Source of the DNA: Marsupella aquatica
Lineage: Eukaryota > Plantae > Marchantiophyta
DNA: 64,000 nt
NCBI GenBank assembly: GCA_973895155.1
Contig: OZ316891.1
Coordinates: forward strand, 32,472,423-32,536,422
Reading direction: 5' to 3'
A model generated the notes under the pieces. The model was not told the origin of the DNA, did no database searches, and saw nothing but the letters and a program-made list of their open reading frames with translations. Below are positions 33,075 through 46,731 of the stretch, piece by piece; positions within the stretch are counted from its first letter, which is position 1; each line of letters begins with the position of its first letter. A program made the position numbers and the translations under genes.

Positions 33075-35914
33075 CCTCTAGCAATCCATGCATTTGCATA
33101 GTATCCTCAATCCTCGCAATTTTCTTTTTGAATTTTCTAGTAGTTTCACACACTCTCACATAAGAAATTCGACAATGCAAGCTTTTACCTTCAAATGAGC
33201 TTGCCAACAAACTATTCACATTCCAAGCCATCAGCGGGTCATCAGAGACGGCATCCCGCCATCCCGCATTGTTTAATGGGATGCCTTTCGGAAATCCTCA
33301 TTTTCTTCCTTGGATTCAGGGCCTCTCAACTCCTTTCGATTCCTCCAATGTCCAGGTTTCACCACAAGAAACTGGATAATCCGCAAATCATCTCGACTCC
33401 TCACCTTTGCCATATGAGTACCATCTAGCAAAACCTTGTATTCCAATCGAGCTTGAGTAATGTAGGGCTGCCCTAAAATCAAGTCATAGGGCAAGCTATC
33501 ATGCACAAAGATGTTAGTTGGCTCAATCACATTGCCAACCTTCACTGGAACTCCTGGACATCCTCCCCAAAGTGTATTCTTTGAAAGATTGATTGAGTTT
33601 ACCGACCACTGGGTATCACAATCAACCATCCATTGCCCAAGATCATAGATGCTTCTTGACATTAGATTTACCTCTATCCTGTATCAATCAATGCTCGGGC
33701 TTTGCCCTCCATCCCCACAAGCTCCACTTCCACCACTGAGCAAGTTCTTGCCCAAAATGGTTCCAAGATGGACTCCTTGCCATCTCCCAATTCAAGATTC
33801 TTCATGGTAGAGGCACACATGACCCACACACTTTGTGAAGCCTTGAGTACCTCCTCTTGACTGATTTTTGCCACTTCTTGTGACTTGTCAAACTTTTCTC
33901 CCATCAATGGTTTCCATCTTCCCAAGTTCAATAGCTTAGCTTCTGACATCTTCGGTTCAGAAACTACCTCCTTTGAAGACTCTAGCATCTGTGGTCCAGA
34001 AACTTCATCATTTGAAAACCCTAGCATCTGTGGTCTAGGAATCTTCTACTTTGAAGACCTTGGCATCTGTGGTCCAGGGATCTTCTCAACATTCACTTGA
34101 TACACTTGACACTCTGTATTAGCTCTTGAAAATGAACCTTCTCCATCCTCTTCAACTTCAGAATTAAACTCTGCTCCCAATGCATGAGGTCCTTCTTTAT
34201 AAAATCTTTTTTGCTTCACCTTTGCAAGTAAAGCATCTTGAGCTTTGGAGTTCATGCAAGCAAAAAACTCCTCATTGGTGACTCCACTCACTGTGGCTTT
34301 CCAAAACTTGTCAGCAACCTGGTCATACTCTATGTGTTGCTCCACATCCCTTCCAAGTATCCAACCAGGTCCTTTCTTTTCTGCCTTCTCCTTTTTTACT
34401 ACTTCCAACTCCTTTGAAGGGGTTGAAGTAGACTCTTTTTGTGTGCTTACTCTATCCTCAAATCAAACACTCCTTCTCATTGGCACATCAGGTGATGGCC
34501 TAGGAGTAGAAGGTCCGAAAACCACTTTCTATTTTCCTTTAGCACGTTCTTCCAAAGGCTCCACAGACTTTCTTTTCTCCTCCACCATAGAATCCCATAG
34601 AGACCCTACTTCTGCAGTAAAAGCATAGATCAAAACAGGATCATTCCATTCTGATTTCCTTCTTACAAACTCTGCTAGCCTTTTCTTCTCTGTCTCTGAG
34701 GATCCTACTGACGAAGGATCCCCAAACACAGTGTAGACATCTGCTTCATGCTCACCCTTGTCCCCATAAGCTGCAGCAATAGCTGAGTTATGATGTTTGG
34801 CCATTCTCTTCTCCACTAGTACCTTCATGCCACCTTTGTTGGCATTGACTAGAATAAGTTCACCTAAATCATGGTAGGCAAGCTTTCTTATGTCATCATG
34901 CTCAACAAACTTAACCATTCTCTCTTTTAGAGCAGCAGACAGCTCAACACACTCTCTTCTAGAGTGCTCTTTGCTATCACACCAGATACAATTCCAGCTT
35001 CTTGGTCCTCCAATAGAACTTCCTGCTCCTCCACTACCTCTTGATGGTGGTCTCGATGTGTTGCCTTCAATTTGTCCCAAAGCTTGGGTGGCAAGAATGG
35101 TAAGATTCTTCATGAGTTAAGACAACTCATCCATCTTGTCCACACTCTTCTCACCCCTACCGGTTGTTGATTCCATCTTCTCCACTCTTCTCATAGAAGT
35201 CACAGGTGCTACTGTGTCCAGAACACCTTCATGATTGATTTTCTTCCTTTTGTGCTTTTGACTGACTCTTAGCACAGCAGTCTCAACCTCCTCCCAAGTT
35301 GGCTGATTAGCCCCACAACTTGGGTTCATTAGTTCTAGAGCAAGCTCTAACTCATCCTGAAGCTTCTCATCAGCAGCTCGGATGAGTAGAGTAGCCTTCT
35401 GGACCTTCATAACTTTAGAGCCTATCTCAGGAAGTTGATTGAACTTCTTGACAAACTCCCTCATCAACTCTTGAGGTCCCAACTTCTTACTTCTGTCAGT
35501 CACCCAATCAAGGAAAGATGCTTGGGTGACCCTATCTGGATCTTTCAGCTGAAATTCTTCTTTCATTCTCAGCTCAAAAATATTCCATGCCTTTTCTCCA
35601 TTAGCTCCCTCTATCAAGGAAACAACAATTTCCTTGAGTTCAGGTTCCACCAAAGACACAAGCTCCTTGAGTGCTACCTCAGCATCAATCTTGTGAATTG
35701 TAGCCTATGTCCAGTATCCCTTGAGATACCTTGTCACATTTTTCCCATCAAATTCTCCTTGCTTAGTAAGGACCGAGTGCAAGTACTTGGTGGTCCTTCC
35801 AAGCAACTCCTTCTTCTTCTTCTCTTCCATCTCCTTCTCCTTCATTCCACGTAAGTATGCAGCAACCAAAGATGAAAACCTCTCCATGTCAGTTGGATTA
35901 ATCTCAGTTCCCAT
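33075..35914 (-). pseudogene. Gypsy family B gag + aspartic protease (decayed)
   Basis: FDGKNVTRYL gag motif, CIWCDSKEHSRREC knuckle, ALIDTG and YDLILGQPY protease motifs. Confidence 0.88.
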
Positions 35915-36799
35915 GATTGCAATTCTTCCCTCTTGACTAATGATATACTCACAATTGAAGGACTTATAGTTCCAAAATCATATCTCTCTCTATCAACCAA
36001 AACTTAGACATGCACAAGTTAGCTCCAAAATCCACGGATCCCACTTGGTATTCGACCCACCAAATTTGGCTCCAAGGCTGCCCCTCCCTGCAATTCTGGC
36101 ACATTTGGACTCCTCATTGAACACTGGACACAGCTATCTTCACTCCCGGAGAACAAGACATTGGAAAAACCAACGGAGATCTTCGGGCGGGCCTACATGG
36201 TAACGTTGTTCTTGGCATTAAAAACCGGGGCCTTCATCTTTGAAGATCTGTCGGGGTTCGCGGAGAACCAGGTGTCTCTGTCGACATAGGAACTACATTA
36301 GGCTTCTTTACAAGTAGAGGTTGTTTAAGAGGTTTACTTGGAGAGACATAGTATGAAATCGAAGCACCCACAACACTCCTACAAGACTCTGATTTCTCAG
36401 ATTCTGAGGAAAATGAAATCTCTGGCACTACTCTCTGTGAGCTGGTAATTCATTCATCACATGAGATGGAATAAATTTTTGAACAACATCTGGCAAAGAT
36501 GCATCTGAACTGTAAATTGACTCATCACTTGAAGACGCCATAGAGAATCAAACAAGGGTTGTATAGGAGTACGTATTCCTATCCAACAGAGATAATTCAG
36601 ATTACAGTATTCTATGAAAACAACTACTCAATACTGAACGAACCTCAAAGTAATCGCGAGAAATGAAGATGAAAAACAGATGCGAGCTCTTCCTTTTATA
36701 GTTTTTGGGGGCATTGTACACGTGGCATTCCCTGATTGGTCCGTACGAGGGTTTTTTCAAGTGAGAGTCTGTCTTTTCAAGGAATGCTGAAATTTAAAT

Positions 36800-37095
36800 T
36801 GTAGATTTTTGAGGAAATCGTTGTGGATCCCAATTGGTCTTCAAACTGAAATATCAAGGTATGCGATGCAAAAACTTCAAAATGTAGAGGTTGAATACTA
36901 GATGGGATCCATGGATCCCATCTGGTATTCATCCTCCTATTTTCCCAATGAGTTTTTGGACTTGCAAAAAAAATAGGATCCATGGATCTCAGTTGGTATT
37001 CATGTCGAAAGATCTCCAGATGCAAAGTTGCAGGTGGAAAACATTGAGGTTGAATACGATAGTGGATACTTAGATCCCGTCTCGTATTCATCATG
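36800..37095. repeat. Cluster of palindromes (GAATAC.AGATGGGATCC-ATGGATCCCATCT.GTATTC) related to the 9.3-kb array
   Basis: TTGAATACTAGATGGGATCCATGGATCCCATCTGGTATTC at ~36891 versus TTGAATACGAGATGGGATACCGCGTATCCCATCTC at ~9273. Confidence 0.7.
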
Positions 37096-37137
37096 CGTTA
37101 TGGGCTAAAAAGTTTTCGGACATGTCGTCGGGTTAAC

Positions 37138-38740
37138 TTAACTAACTAACTGTGTGGTTTTGGTCAATCTTGCCACCTTGCTTGGCAAGTCTTTGAACAT
37201 ATGATCTTTGTCGGTGTGGAGCGTCCTCAACACAGTCAACTCATCTGAAATTGATCTTGACTGGGAGTTCAACATCTCAATTGTGGCCTCATGTTGCTTC
37301 AGATCAGTCTGAAGGTGTGTCAAGTAATCGTTGGGGGTCTGTCACAAAGAATAAAAAACAGAGTGTCATTCATCAACTCACAAATCATATTAGCTGCAAG
37401 CTACTAATCTCAGATTTCCAACGTTAGTGAAGAGAATAAATAGAAAGTGCGATAAAAACTAATGTGGAAATTGATCAGAGTGAAACCTCATCGTCTTCAC
37501 ATTGGTTGCCTTCTTCCAACTCAATGGCATTCGTGGTTTCTTCATGCTTCTCTTCTTCATTTGATATTGAATCCTTTACAAGCTTCAACTCCTCCTCTAG
37601 TTTGCAAATTTGATGATGAATCCGCTGCAGTGCACTTCGCCGGTCGCACTCTGAAGATTTCAAATTTTCCAGGCTTCAAAGAAGTTTCTGAACATCTTCG
37701 CGGGCCTCTCTTACTTGGTTCTTACTCCATGACATTTCTGATTGAAGCATGGATAGTAACAAGGCACGAGGGGGGGTACTTGGCGACTGCGCAAGAGTGG
37801 AAGGACTTGGCCGCACCCACGGAATAGGGGAGGCAGATGCAGTACCAAGTAGCTCAACATGCAGGAACTTTTTTGAGGGAAAGAACATCCCATCCGCTCT
37901 CGGGGAAAGAGAGGCTTGAAGGAACTTGGGGAGGAACTGTCTCATGAATTGCATCCTCAATAACTTGTGCATCTGCACGCTTATAGACACAACCAGTCTT
38001 CCTTACACAAGGGGGCCCATTAGGCTTACCTTTGCCTTCTTTATGCCATTGAACAATCTGGCTTTTCAACTTAGATGCAGCATATGCGGCCCAATTAACT
38101 GTCCTCCCCAACACTCGTTCAACATACACTCCCTTAACAAATGTATGTGCCAACACTCCATTGACCGGCTTCTCATATCCATTGACAACTTGGGATAAAT
38201 GTAAGACATCCTCTTGTGGCAAGCCTGTGCAACTACCTAGTTTGTAACCGCTCCATCCCTTATCTCCAAAGCACGTGACTAGCATTTCCTCACTGATGTC
38301 AATGATTCTATGGAGATTTTTGCCTTCATTCGGAAGGCCAAACTGGGTAGCAAAGAAGTAAGCGTCCTTGTAAAAATTGGCTGGATCCCATTCGTTGTCT
38401 GTTGCCTCTGAAGCTGGCTTGACTCTACCTTTAGATTTCTCAATAGATGCTACCGCTTGAGCAACACAATCATCTGAACTGGGTTTTCCTTTAGAGAGTT
38501 TGACTAACACAGACCCGGCTGGATCCCATTCGTTGTCTGTTGCCTTTGAAGGTGGCTTGAACTACCTTTAGATTTCTCAATAGATGCTACCGCTCGAGCA
38601 CCACAATCATCTGAACTGGGTTTTCCTTTATAGAGTTTGTTGACTAACACAGACCCGGTTGAGCGTTCTTGAGGAGAGTTTTCTAATGACCCTACATCCT
38701 CACCTCCATCAACGGGCAATGGAAGTGGGGTATCCATCAA
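37138..38740 (-). pseudogene. Decayed transposon-accessory gene (helical domain FGLP..G...VNWA, then coiled-coil exons)
   Basis: ORF 37854..38510 (FGLPNEGK...GYKL...VNWAAYA) plus coiled-coil fragments at 37475-37663 and 37138-37323. Family not identified. Confidence 0.45.
38380..38660. repeat. ~140-bp tandem duplication
   Basis: GGATCCCATTCGTTGTCTGTTGCCT...GACTAACACAGACCCGG occurs twice. Confidence 0.9.
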
Positions 38741-40219
38741 AACAACTACGACAAATATCGATGAAATCTGATGAGAGTTCTGGTAAATCTAAAGTAAGAG
38801 AAGGCTACGACAAATATTGATGAAAGTAGAATAGGTGGTGCATTAGGTATCAAAGTTACAAGCGTACCCTCAGTCTGGCCTGCGGAGTATGTCACGCTCA
38901 TGAAGTAGCACTTCCACCCAAACCTGTGCAAAATCTCCATGCCCACAATATGTCAAAGACCGTGTATGCAACATTTGCACCATTGCTGATTTGAAAGTTC
39001 TTGAGTTTACAAGCACCTATCGCCGAATGCGTTGCGACTGTCAGGAATATGAAGGTTTGTCTAGAATTGGTTGAAACTGCAACAAAGCAACATTTGCTTA
39101 CCCGAGCTCTAAACCAAAGTCACCAAACCGCACCACCTTAGAAAAGATTTGAAAGAATAGAGAGTCCACACTATGTTTCCTTCAAGCACTAAAATTGAAA
39201 CATTCGGTGGAACTCCTCAACGTTCATTGTCGACATTTATTGCCGACATCCACTACTTTGCGACGTTCAGTCTCGTTCAGTCTCACCACCACTGTTGTTG
39301 ACAATCCCCTAAGCCTCCCAAACAAACTACTTTGCAACACTACTCGACATTCACTCCCCCCGCCACTGTTGTTGAGTATCCCCGAAGCCTCCCAAACATC
39401 TGGAAATTTAAGGCATAGCAAGCCCCAACGACCAAATTCCTCACCGTTGATGGACACCCGCGGATGGCGCGGAAGCCGCGCGGCTATTTCAAACTTGGCG
39501 GCGATTTCAAACTGCGGGAATGACAGAACTGGTCCCCTCCTTCTCCGTGGAAGGATCTTAGTGGCTAGAAATGATGCGATGTCCTTTTGTGTGGATACGC
39601 GTCATTAATTCCTTCACAGGGTTGAAGTCCTTGGTGGCCCCAATATCCTTCAATCTTGATCGTTGATCTTCTTATCACCACAAGGACTACCTCTCCATTT
39701 TGGTGATCCTTTTTGTGTCCTTTTTCCCCCCTCAAGCTTGCAATTGACCATTATTAAGGTCTGTGTACTGATTGTCTACACTATGACAATATTCCTAGTA
39801 TGCTTCACTCTCTAGATCTTGGTATCACCCTTGATCATAGCAGGCCAATCACAGCAGCCTGATACAAAATTGCCCCCTGATCAAGACTATGCTTGATGGA
39901 AGCAAGGAGCGCAAACAAAGAGAGGAGCTCAATTGAAGCTTCACGATTGGAGGAAGCAGCTTGATGGGCAGCTCAATTGAAGCTGGGAGGAGCTCGAGAA
40001 GAAGGGAAGAGCTCAAACCAAGGCTCAAACAAAAGGAGGAAACTCAGTTCATACTCAGCAATTGGAGAGAGCAGAAATCATTTGACTGCGAGAAAAGTCT
40101 ATAGAAGAAGAATAGCAGGGAGAAACTGAGCAAAATAGAATGGGCCGACAACATTTTGGCTCCAAGATTTCAAATACCTCTTGAGTTGGAATCGCAAACT
40201 AAGACAATCTGTGCTTCTG

Positions 40220-40580
40220 CCCTTTGCCCCAGCCTTCAAGCACGCCCTTTGCCCCAGCCTTCAAGCATGCCCTTTGCCCCAACCTTCAATCTTGCCCTTC
40301 ACCTTCAAGCAGCTCGCCCTTCAAGCTGCTCGCGCTTAGCCCTTCCAGCTCGCGATTTGCCCTTGAAGCTTGCCCCAGCCTTCAATCTCGCCCTTCACCT
40401 TGAAGCAGCTCGCCCTTCGCCTTCAAGCTTGCCCTTCAAGCTGCTTGCGCTTAGCCCTTCCAGCTTGCGCTTAGCCCTTGAAGCTCGCCCCAGCCGTTGT
40501 GCTCACCTTCAAGCTTGCGCTTAGCCCTTCTAGCTTGCCCTAGCCTTCAAGCTTGCACTTTGCTTTGAAGATCGCCCACA
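40220..40580. repeat. Degenerate short-unit repeat (GCCCTTCAAGC / CTTGCCC)
   Basis: More than 15 recognisable CTTCAAGC/GCCC units. Confidence 0.75.
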
Positions 40581-43500
40581 GTACGTTCCCTAAAAGCTCT
40601 CAGCAATGTTGCGGCCCTGATTGAAATTGTATGTCAATCCCACCAGCAGCCACAACTCACACCCGCAGCGCCGACAGTCTCGCCCATAGTGTCACTTGCT
40701 CGATCACTTTCAATCCCGATCGACTTCAGCCGGGACTTCAGCTGCACCTCACTCACACTTGCAGTTGCCACCTTCGATCAATAGAGCCATAGCGCCCAGC
40801 CTATGTGTAAGCATTCCTTCAAAAAAGGTTGGTCGGGAAGCAAATGAATGTCTAGACCCTGACCCAAGCTCACATCGATCATGGCCGTAGCACCCAGCAC
40901 CCAGCCCAAACACGACCGCAACACCTAGATTGCTTGAACACAACCTTCAGACAAACAAAATACAGCCGCAGCACCCCTGAGATTGCTAAAAAATTGCCGC
41001 ATCACCCTTCAGCTCACATAGGGAACATCTAGCTACAGCTCAAACATTGCAAAGGCACTTTGCGCATGCATTTCCTTACGAAAAAAACGAGGCAGCACCA
41101 TCCCAAGCTTCGCATAGCTTGATTTCCTTTGAAAAAAATGAGACAGCACCCAACGCATACGTACGCGCATGCAGTTCCTTAAAAACCACGAGGCAGCGAG
41201 CATGTGACGGGGTCCCCGTCACTCAAAATCATGAATAATGGGTCGTAGAGTGGTGTGCAATGTAAATAGCCATTGTAAAAAAGCCATTTTTTGTTTTGAA
41301 TGTTTATGCCGCTCATTATAGGTGGCTCTGCCCCGGAGGTTTCTACTTGTTTTATATCCCAATAGTTCTAATGTTTACCGCCTCGTTTCTCTTGGGTCCT
41401 TGCTTTTCATGCACTACGGATTGGATGTTAGTATCGGCGAAGGCACCGTTGATACCGTAGTGGGCTAGGGTTTTTCACAGCGTGTGTGTGCCGCACACTT
41501 TAGGTTAGTTTATTTCTTAGATGTTTTTGGTGGCGCCGCTAGGGTTGCCGCCGTAGTTGCCACTCCGTGAGGGGTGCTTTGGTGTTTTTTCAGTATTTAG
41601 GGGGGAGCCCCGTAGTGAGCAAAGGGGGGGAACTCAATCTAGTGTGGGTTTTAGGGAAGTTAGCTCATAGCCAAAAGGGGAAATCGAGCCAGAGTAGTGA
41701 GGTAGAGGTGTAGCGCTTGCCCCTGTGAGGCAGGAGTTGGGCAGACGGCAGGAGGCCGGGTTGTCCTTGCAATGTGTTACCACTTTTTGCCAAAAGATAT
41801 GGATTTGGTTTGATTCCTCAAGTTTTGGTGTGGGGTTATCTTTTCTGGTTCATGATATATTGTGTTCTTTCCCAAGAAGTGTCTAAGGAATCCTTGCACG
41901 GATTGGTCAACCATGTGAGTAGGGGGGGGTGGTGACACCACTCCACCAGCGACCAACAGGAGTGTGTGTGTGGCGTAGTCCATGGGACTTGATCAAAAGC
42001 AGAGAGGCTAGTCAGTAGACTTGATCAAAAATTACATTTCCGGGAGCGGAAATACACATACTCATCCTACATGCAATAGAATCCTAATAGCGTCCCTCCA
42101 CGTTCTCGTCATATGATAACAAACGATTTTAGTAGGAGTAAATATGTATTTTTCGTGTAAATTGTTTGATAAGCAGGTGACAGAGCACAAAGCGCCTACT
42201 TCGCGGCTCCCTTGTGCACTCCCCTTTGCAAAACGGGAGTCTTTCGTCCAATGGTCCAAGTCACATTTGCCCTAAAACTGGCCAGGCAATGTAAACCATT
42301 AGATCCCCAAAAATGGACGGATGGATGGAATCGCGATCAATCCAATATCAGGCCTTTAAACCAACGTCTATGTGGGAGAATGGGTTCGACACTTTGCACC
42401 CTAACCCTTCCCCTTTCCCCCCTCTCGGATCATCCACCTCCTGCCCAGATAATTCAAATATGTCCCTCAATGCCACCATGAAACCCTATAACACTAAGTA
42501 CCCTCTTACATATGGATGTGCCATGTGGACAAGTTATTAATGGACACATGTCCCCCATATATGTCCAGGCCAAAAATGCCCTATCTTAAACTAACAACTT
42601 ACATTGAAGAAGTGGGGTTTTTTGCACCCCTATTAGACTTCTAAGTTGCAATATGTATTTCGCAACCCCTAAAGTTCTTCTACAAAAATTCTTAAGTATT
42701 CTGCAGAATTGAATTAAAAAATCCTATACTTATTCCTTATTTGTGCTATACTTATTCCTTATTCATGCGTGATGGGTCAGAAGTTAATAAATGAGGACCC
42801 CGGGAATAATTGCCCCTCTCGTTTCAGCGCAATGTACCCCAAAAGTATTAATTGTGTCCATTTATATCTCCAAATTGCAATCGAATATTCTTGGTCCAGC
42901 TAGTGCTTCCATGTGGTCGGAGAAGAAATTTGCCCACTCCTACTGCAATTATTTTAACCGCAAAGAAGTTTGCTGCAGCCTTGGAGTTGTACAGTATGTT
43001 TGTAACAACGTAGATTATGATAGGGCAATCGGAAATTACTCCACACAACTTCCATCCTAAACAGCTGGACTACCCCGTACATCTGCATGTCTTGGGTTGA
43101 TAGGTCAAGGAAGGTGCACTGCTCTCATGAAGAGTTTCGAAGCTCCTTGCATGTTGCCGATTCTATGTGCATGACTCATGAAGAGTTTCGACGCTCCTTG
43201 CATGTTGCCGATTCTATATGACACAGCTAGTACTCGAACGCACAACTAAGACTGTCTTCATTCCTAGGCTAAAAGAGATCATCTATCGGGAGTTGATCAA
43301 TAACTGGTGCCGAAACACATGAAAGAAATCATGAAGGTCAGGTGACACCAATTGCACTCGCATTTACTCGATCACTCGATCTTTGGATGCGCGATTCTGA
43401 AAAACAGGTCTTCGTCCAAACGTCAACAATTCATTCATGGCACAGGTCCCTCGGTCGTCGGTCACATGCAAGACACTCCAATAATCACAGTCGCGTCGGT

Positions 43501-44188
43501 GGTTGCGTCGGTAGCTTCCACACCGCCAGGCCGTCGAGTCGGTGCCCAGGCCGGGACGAGAGGTCGAGTCGGTGCCTAGCACTTTCTCGCTCCCTTGTTG
43601 GGGTTCTGAGAAATGCGGCCCTTAGGGCTGTCTTGCATGTACTGGAAGGTCCTGCGCACCTACTTCCATGGCAAGTCCAACAACGATCGTAAGGCGGGAA
43701 CCAAGGGAAGGGATTGTTGCATTTCCTTGGGTATATAGTAGCAAACGCATGAGCTAACATCGCACTTGGAGCGGTCACGCAAATCAACGACGAACTGACA
43801 GTGCAGGGTTCATGAAGTACTGAAGGCAGACACAGTGCAAGGTACTCAAGGCTTTTGCCCGATGTGAGTGCAAGGCTAAGTCGCGGCACTAGATCACAAT
43901 GACGGAGACCAGAATAAGTATTCAAGCTGATCGAGAATCAGACTGGAGGTCCTCTTTTCCGATCTCACTCTCTGGGGTGTCGGGGCCCATCACAACAACT
44001 GCCAACAATCACAGAGACGAGAATTAGTAAGCTGGCTGGACCTCTTCTTTTCCAATCTCAGCAGACTATTTGAACTCTTCTCTGATACTGCGGTCTGACA
44101 GTTCTCATCACTGAGAGTTTCTCGAGCCACCTGCTGTATAATTATTATTCTCAATTGCATCCCAGGGACGACGATCAGGAAGCTGATC

Positions 44189-46731
44189 ATGGGAAGGGAG
44201 TCGCCCCCTCCACTTCTGTTCACTAATGTAGTCCTCACCACCGTCGAGCCGCTCGAGAAGACGCCTCATGTGGAGAAAATCGACGCAACGGATGTAGATA
44301 ATTTTGTAGGGGACACGTATGTACCCGTAGCGTTTGCCTACAGACTGGCGGACAACTCCGACGCTTTGTATATGGACACGGTCAATCGGATTCGACAAGG
44401 TCTGCGGAAGGTGCTGGTTCCGTTCTTCCCATGGGCCGGCCGATGGATTGCAATCCCTGGAGGTACGGGCCGCCAGCTGCAGTGCACCAATAAGGGCATT
44501 CCGTTTATAGAAGCGTATGTGGACAAGGATCTGGACTCAGTTGTGGGCTTCTCTGCGGAATTCCGACCTGTCCCGGAGCTACAAGGCTACAGCGTTCTTG
44601 GCATGCAGGGGAGGAGCTGCGCGCAATCAATGCTGCCAGATGGACTCCCTTGTGCATTCGTCCAGGTAAGTTCACGGGGATCTTCCTCCGTAGCTAGCAT
44701 ACTGTCGCTGATTTTGCACTTTTGGCCTAAATTTCGGTCTGAAATGGAACTGGAGAGCGATCTTTTCTAACCCATCTGGAATCGAAACGCACATTTACGG
44801 ACTTCTGACTGAACATTGAAAATCTCTAACTGGCTGGAGCTATGAATGTAGAAACTTAGGACGGATGAGTGTTTTGTTTTTGAAAGAGATCCTTGAATTC
44901 CACGACATGCATTGATATTACAAATTTCAGTACAGAAAATCCATATCTAATTGCTACATCTATCCCATACAGCAGTACATTCGTACTAGTTAGTCTTCCC
45001 AGAATACGACATCTATCCGTTCCAGCGCCTGAGCCTCCCCCTCCTTTGATATGCAATTCATTGTTTGTTTTACAAGCGCAAAAGCAAAAATGGCAGGCCC
45101 GAAGGAAACTGGCACTTCGCCGAATTGAGGTTCAAATTATGACATTGTCACTTTTACACTTATCATTGTCTGTGGGCAGTAAATGAGTGCGAATTCTCTT
45201 TTTGTACTCATAGCAAACCCAGAAACTTTCCATGTGGTCATATCTCGTGATTTATTTCTTGTTGTTCTGTTATGTGCCCTTCAGAATCTGGTCATGAGTG
45301 TGAGATAGACAGGCTCTACGGGAATTGGCACACTCCCTGCCAACCCATGCGTTGTGTGGCAAAGCCTCCTTTTATTAAGTTTTGCATAACCCTTTGACAG
45401 TCACTATATTTTTCATCTTATAGAGATCTCATGATATGACACTGGAAAGAGTGAATAGTGTATATATTGTCCTCCATAGAGAGAGTAGATACCTCTTACA
45501 TCTAACTTAATGACGATGGATTAGTTTTGACTTATTTAATGGTCTTGCCTTTCAAACAGATCACACGCTTCAAATGTGGGGGCCTGGTCCTTGGTGTCAC
45601 CTTCAATCACATGCACGCGGATGGTAGGAGTTTTATGCATTTCATGACAGCTTGGTCCGACCTCTCTCGAACTGACAAAACCAACATGATTCTGGACCAC
45701 AATCGAGCAGCGATACAGAAATCAACCCCAGGGCCTGGATCCCGCCGATCTGCCCCTCCGCCTGGTGTACCATGGAATTCAAAATGTTACGAGGTAAAAA
45801 CCCGCGTAAACAGCGTTGCTGTCTTCATCTGTCCATGTTTTGGGTGAGCGTATGGTAGGTACCAAAGATAAGCCTTGTTTCGTACTTGGGTGCAATTCAT
45901 TCATGTGCCTCAACATAATGTTGCATCGGTTGTAAGATTTGTCGTGTAATTTTCTATCTTAGGTCAATGCATCAGTCATCGAATCTCTCAAACAGGAAGT
46001 TAAAAGGAGTGCGGATGGAGCATACGTGAGCACAACGGATTGCATATACGCTCACATGTGGAAAACAGTATCAAGTCTGCCTTTCTCGATCATAGGTGGA
46101 AAAGAAATTGGAATGCTGAGTGCTGTTGACGGGAGAATCAGGTTCTATGATCCTCCAGTGCCAAATTTGTTAGGAAATATCGTTACAATGATGACGCCGC
46201 CGACGATTTCAAGTGCTGAACTTTTGCATATGCCCTTGTCTATCATTGCAAGCAAGATCCGTGACAAGATCAATACAACCAGTCGCAAAACATGGTAATG
46301 ATGTCAGTCCATGGTGTTATCTTATTTTATTACTTGTTCACAGATGATGGATTGTCCATGCATCTAGCAAATATTGACATTGATATCAATTATGTCTGTG
46401 ATGCTGCAGGCTAGGAGTTGAAATAGATGCCATGGTGAATGATAATACACTGGTGAATGATAATACACTGATATGGGGACAAACTTGCTGGAGTTCCTTT
46501 CCACTGTATAATATAGATTTTGGGTTTGGCAGCCCATTTTTTGCACCAGTGGTGAACGGAACACATTGTATGGGAACGTTGGGCATGACCTACGTCAGCC
46601 CTCCAACCCCCGGTGTTTCTTCGGCTGCATTTATGCACATTGTATCTACTCCACAGGTTCTGGAAGCTCTTGAACATCATCCAGATTTTCTGTCCTTTTT
46701 CCTCCCTCGAAAAAGTGCAAAACATTCATGA
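44189..46731 (+). CDS. BAHD-family acyltransferase, 4 exons (44189-44665, 45560-45793, 45963-46294, 46410-46731), 454 aa
   Basis: FFPWAGR, VQ|ITRFKCGG, HxxxD (HMHADG), DFGFG. All three introns are GT-AG and the spliced length of 1,365 nt is open. Confidence 0.93.

Noticed and set aside
39878-42027. TGATCAAG...CTTGATCA as solo-LTR termini
   Set aside because: No target-site duplication, and the motif occurs several times locally.
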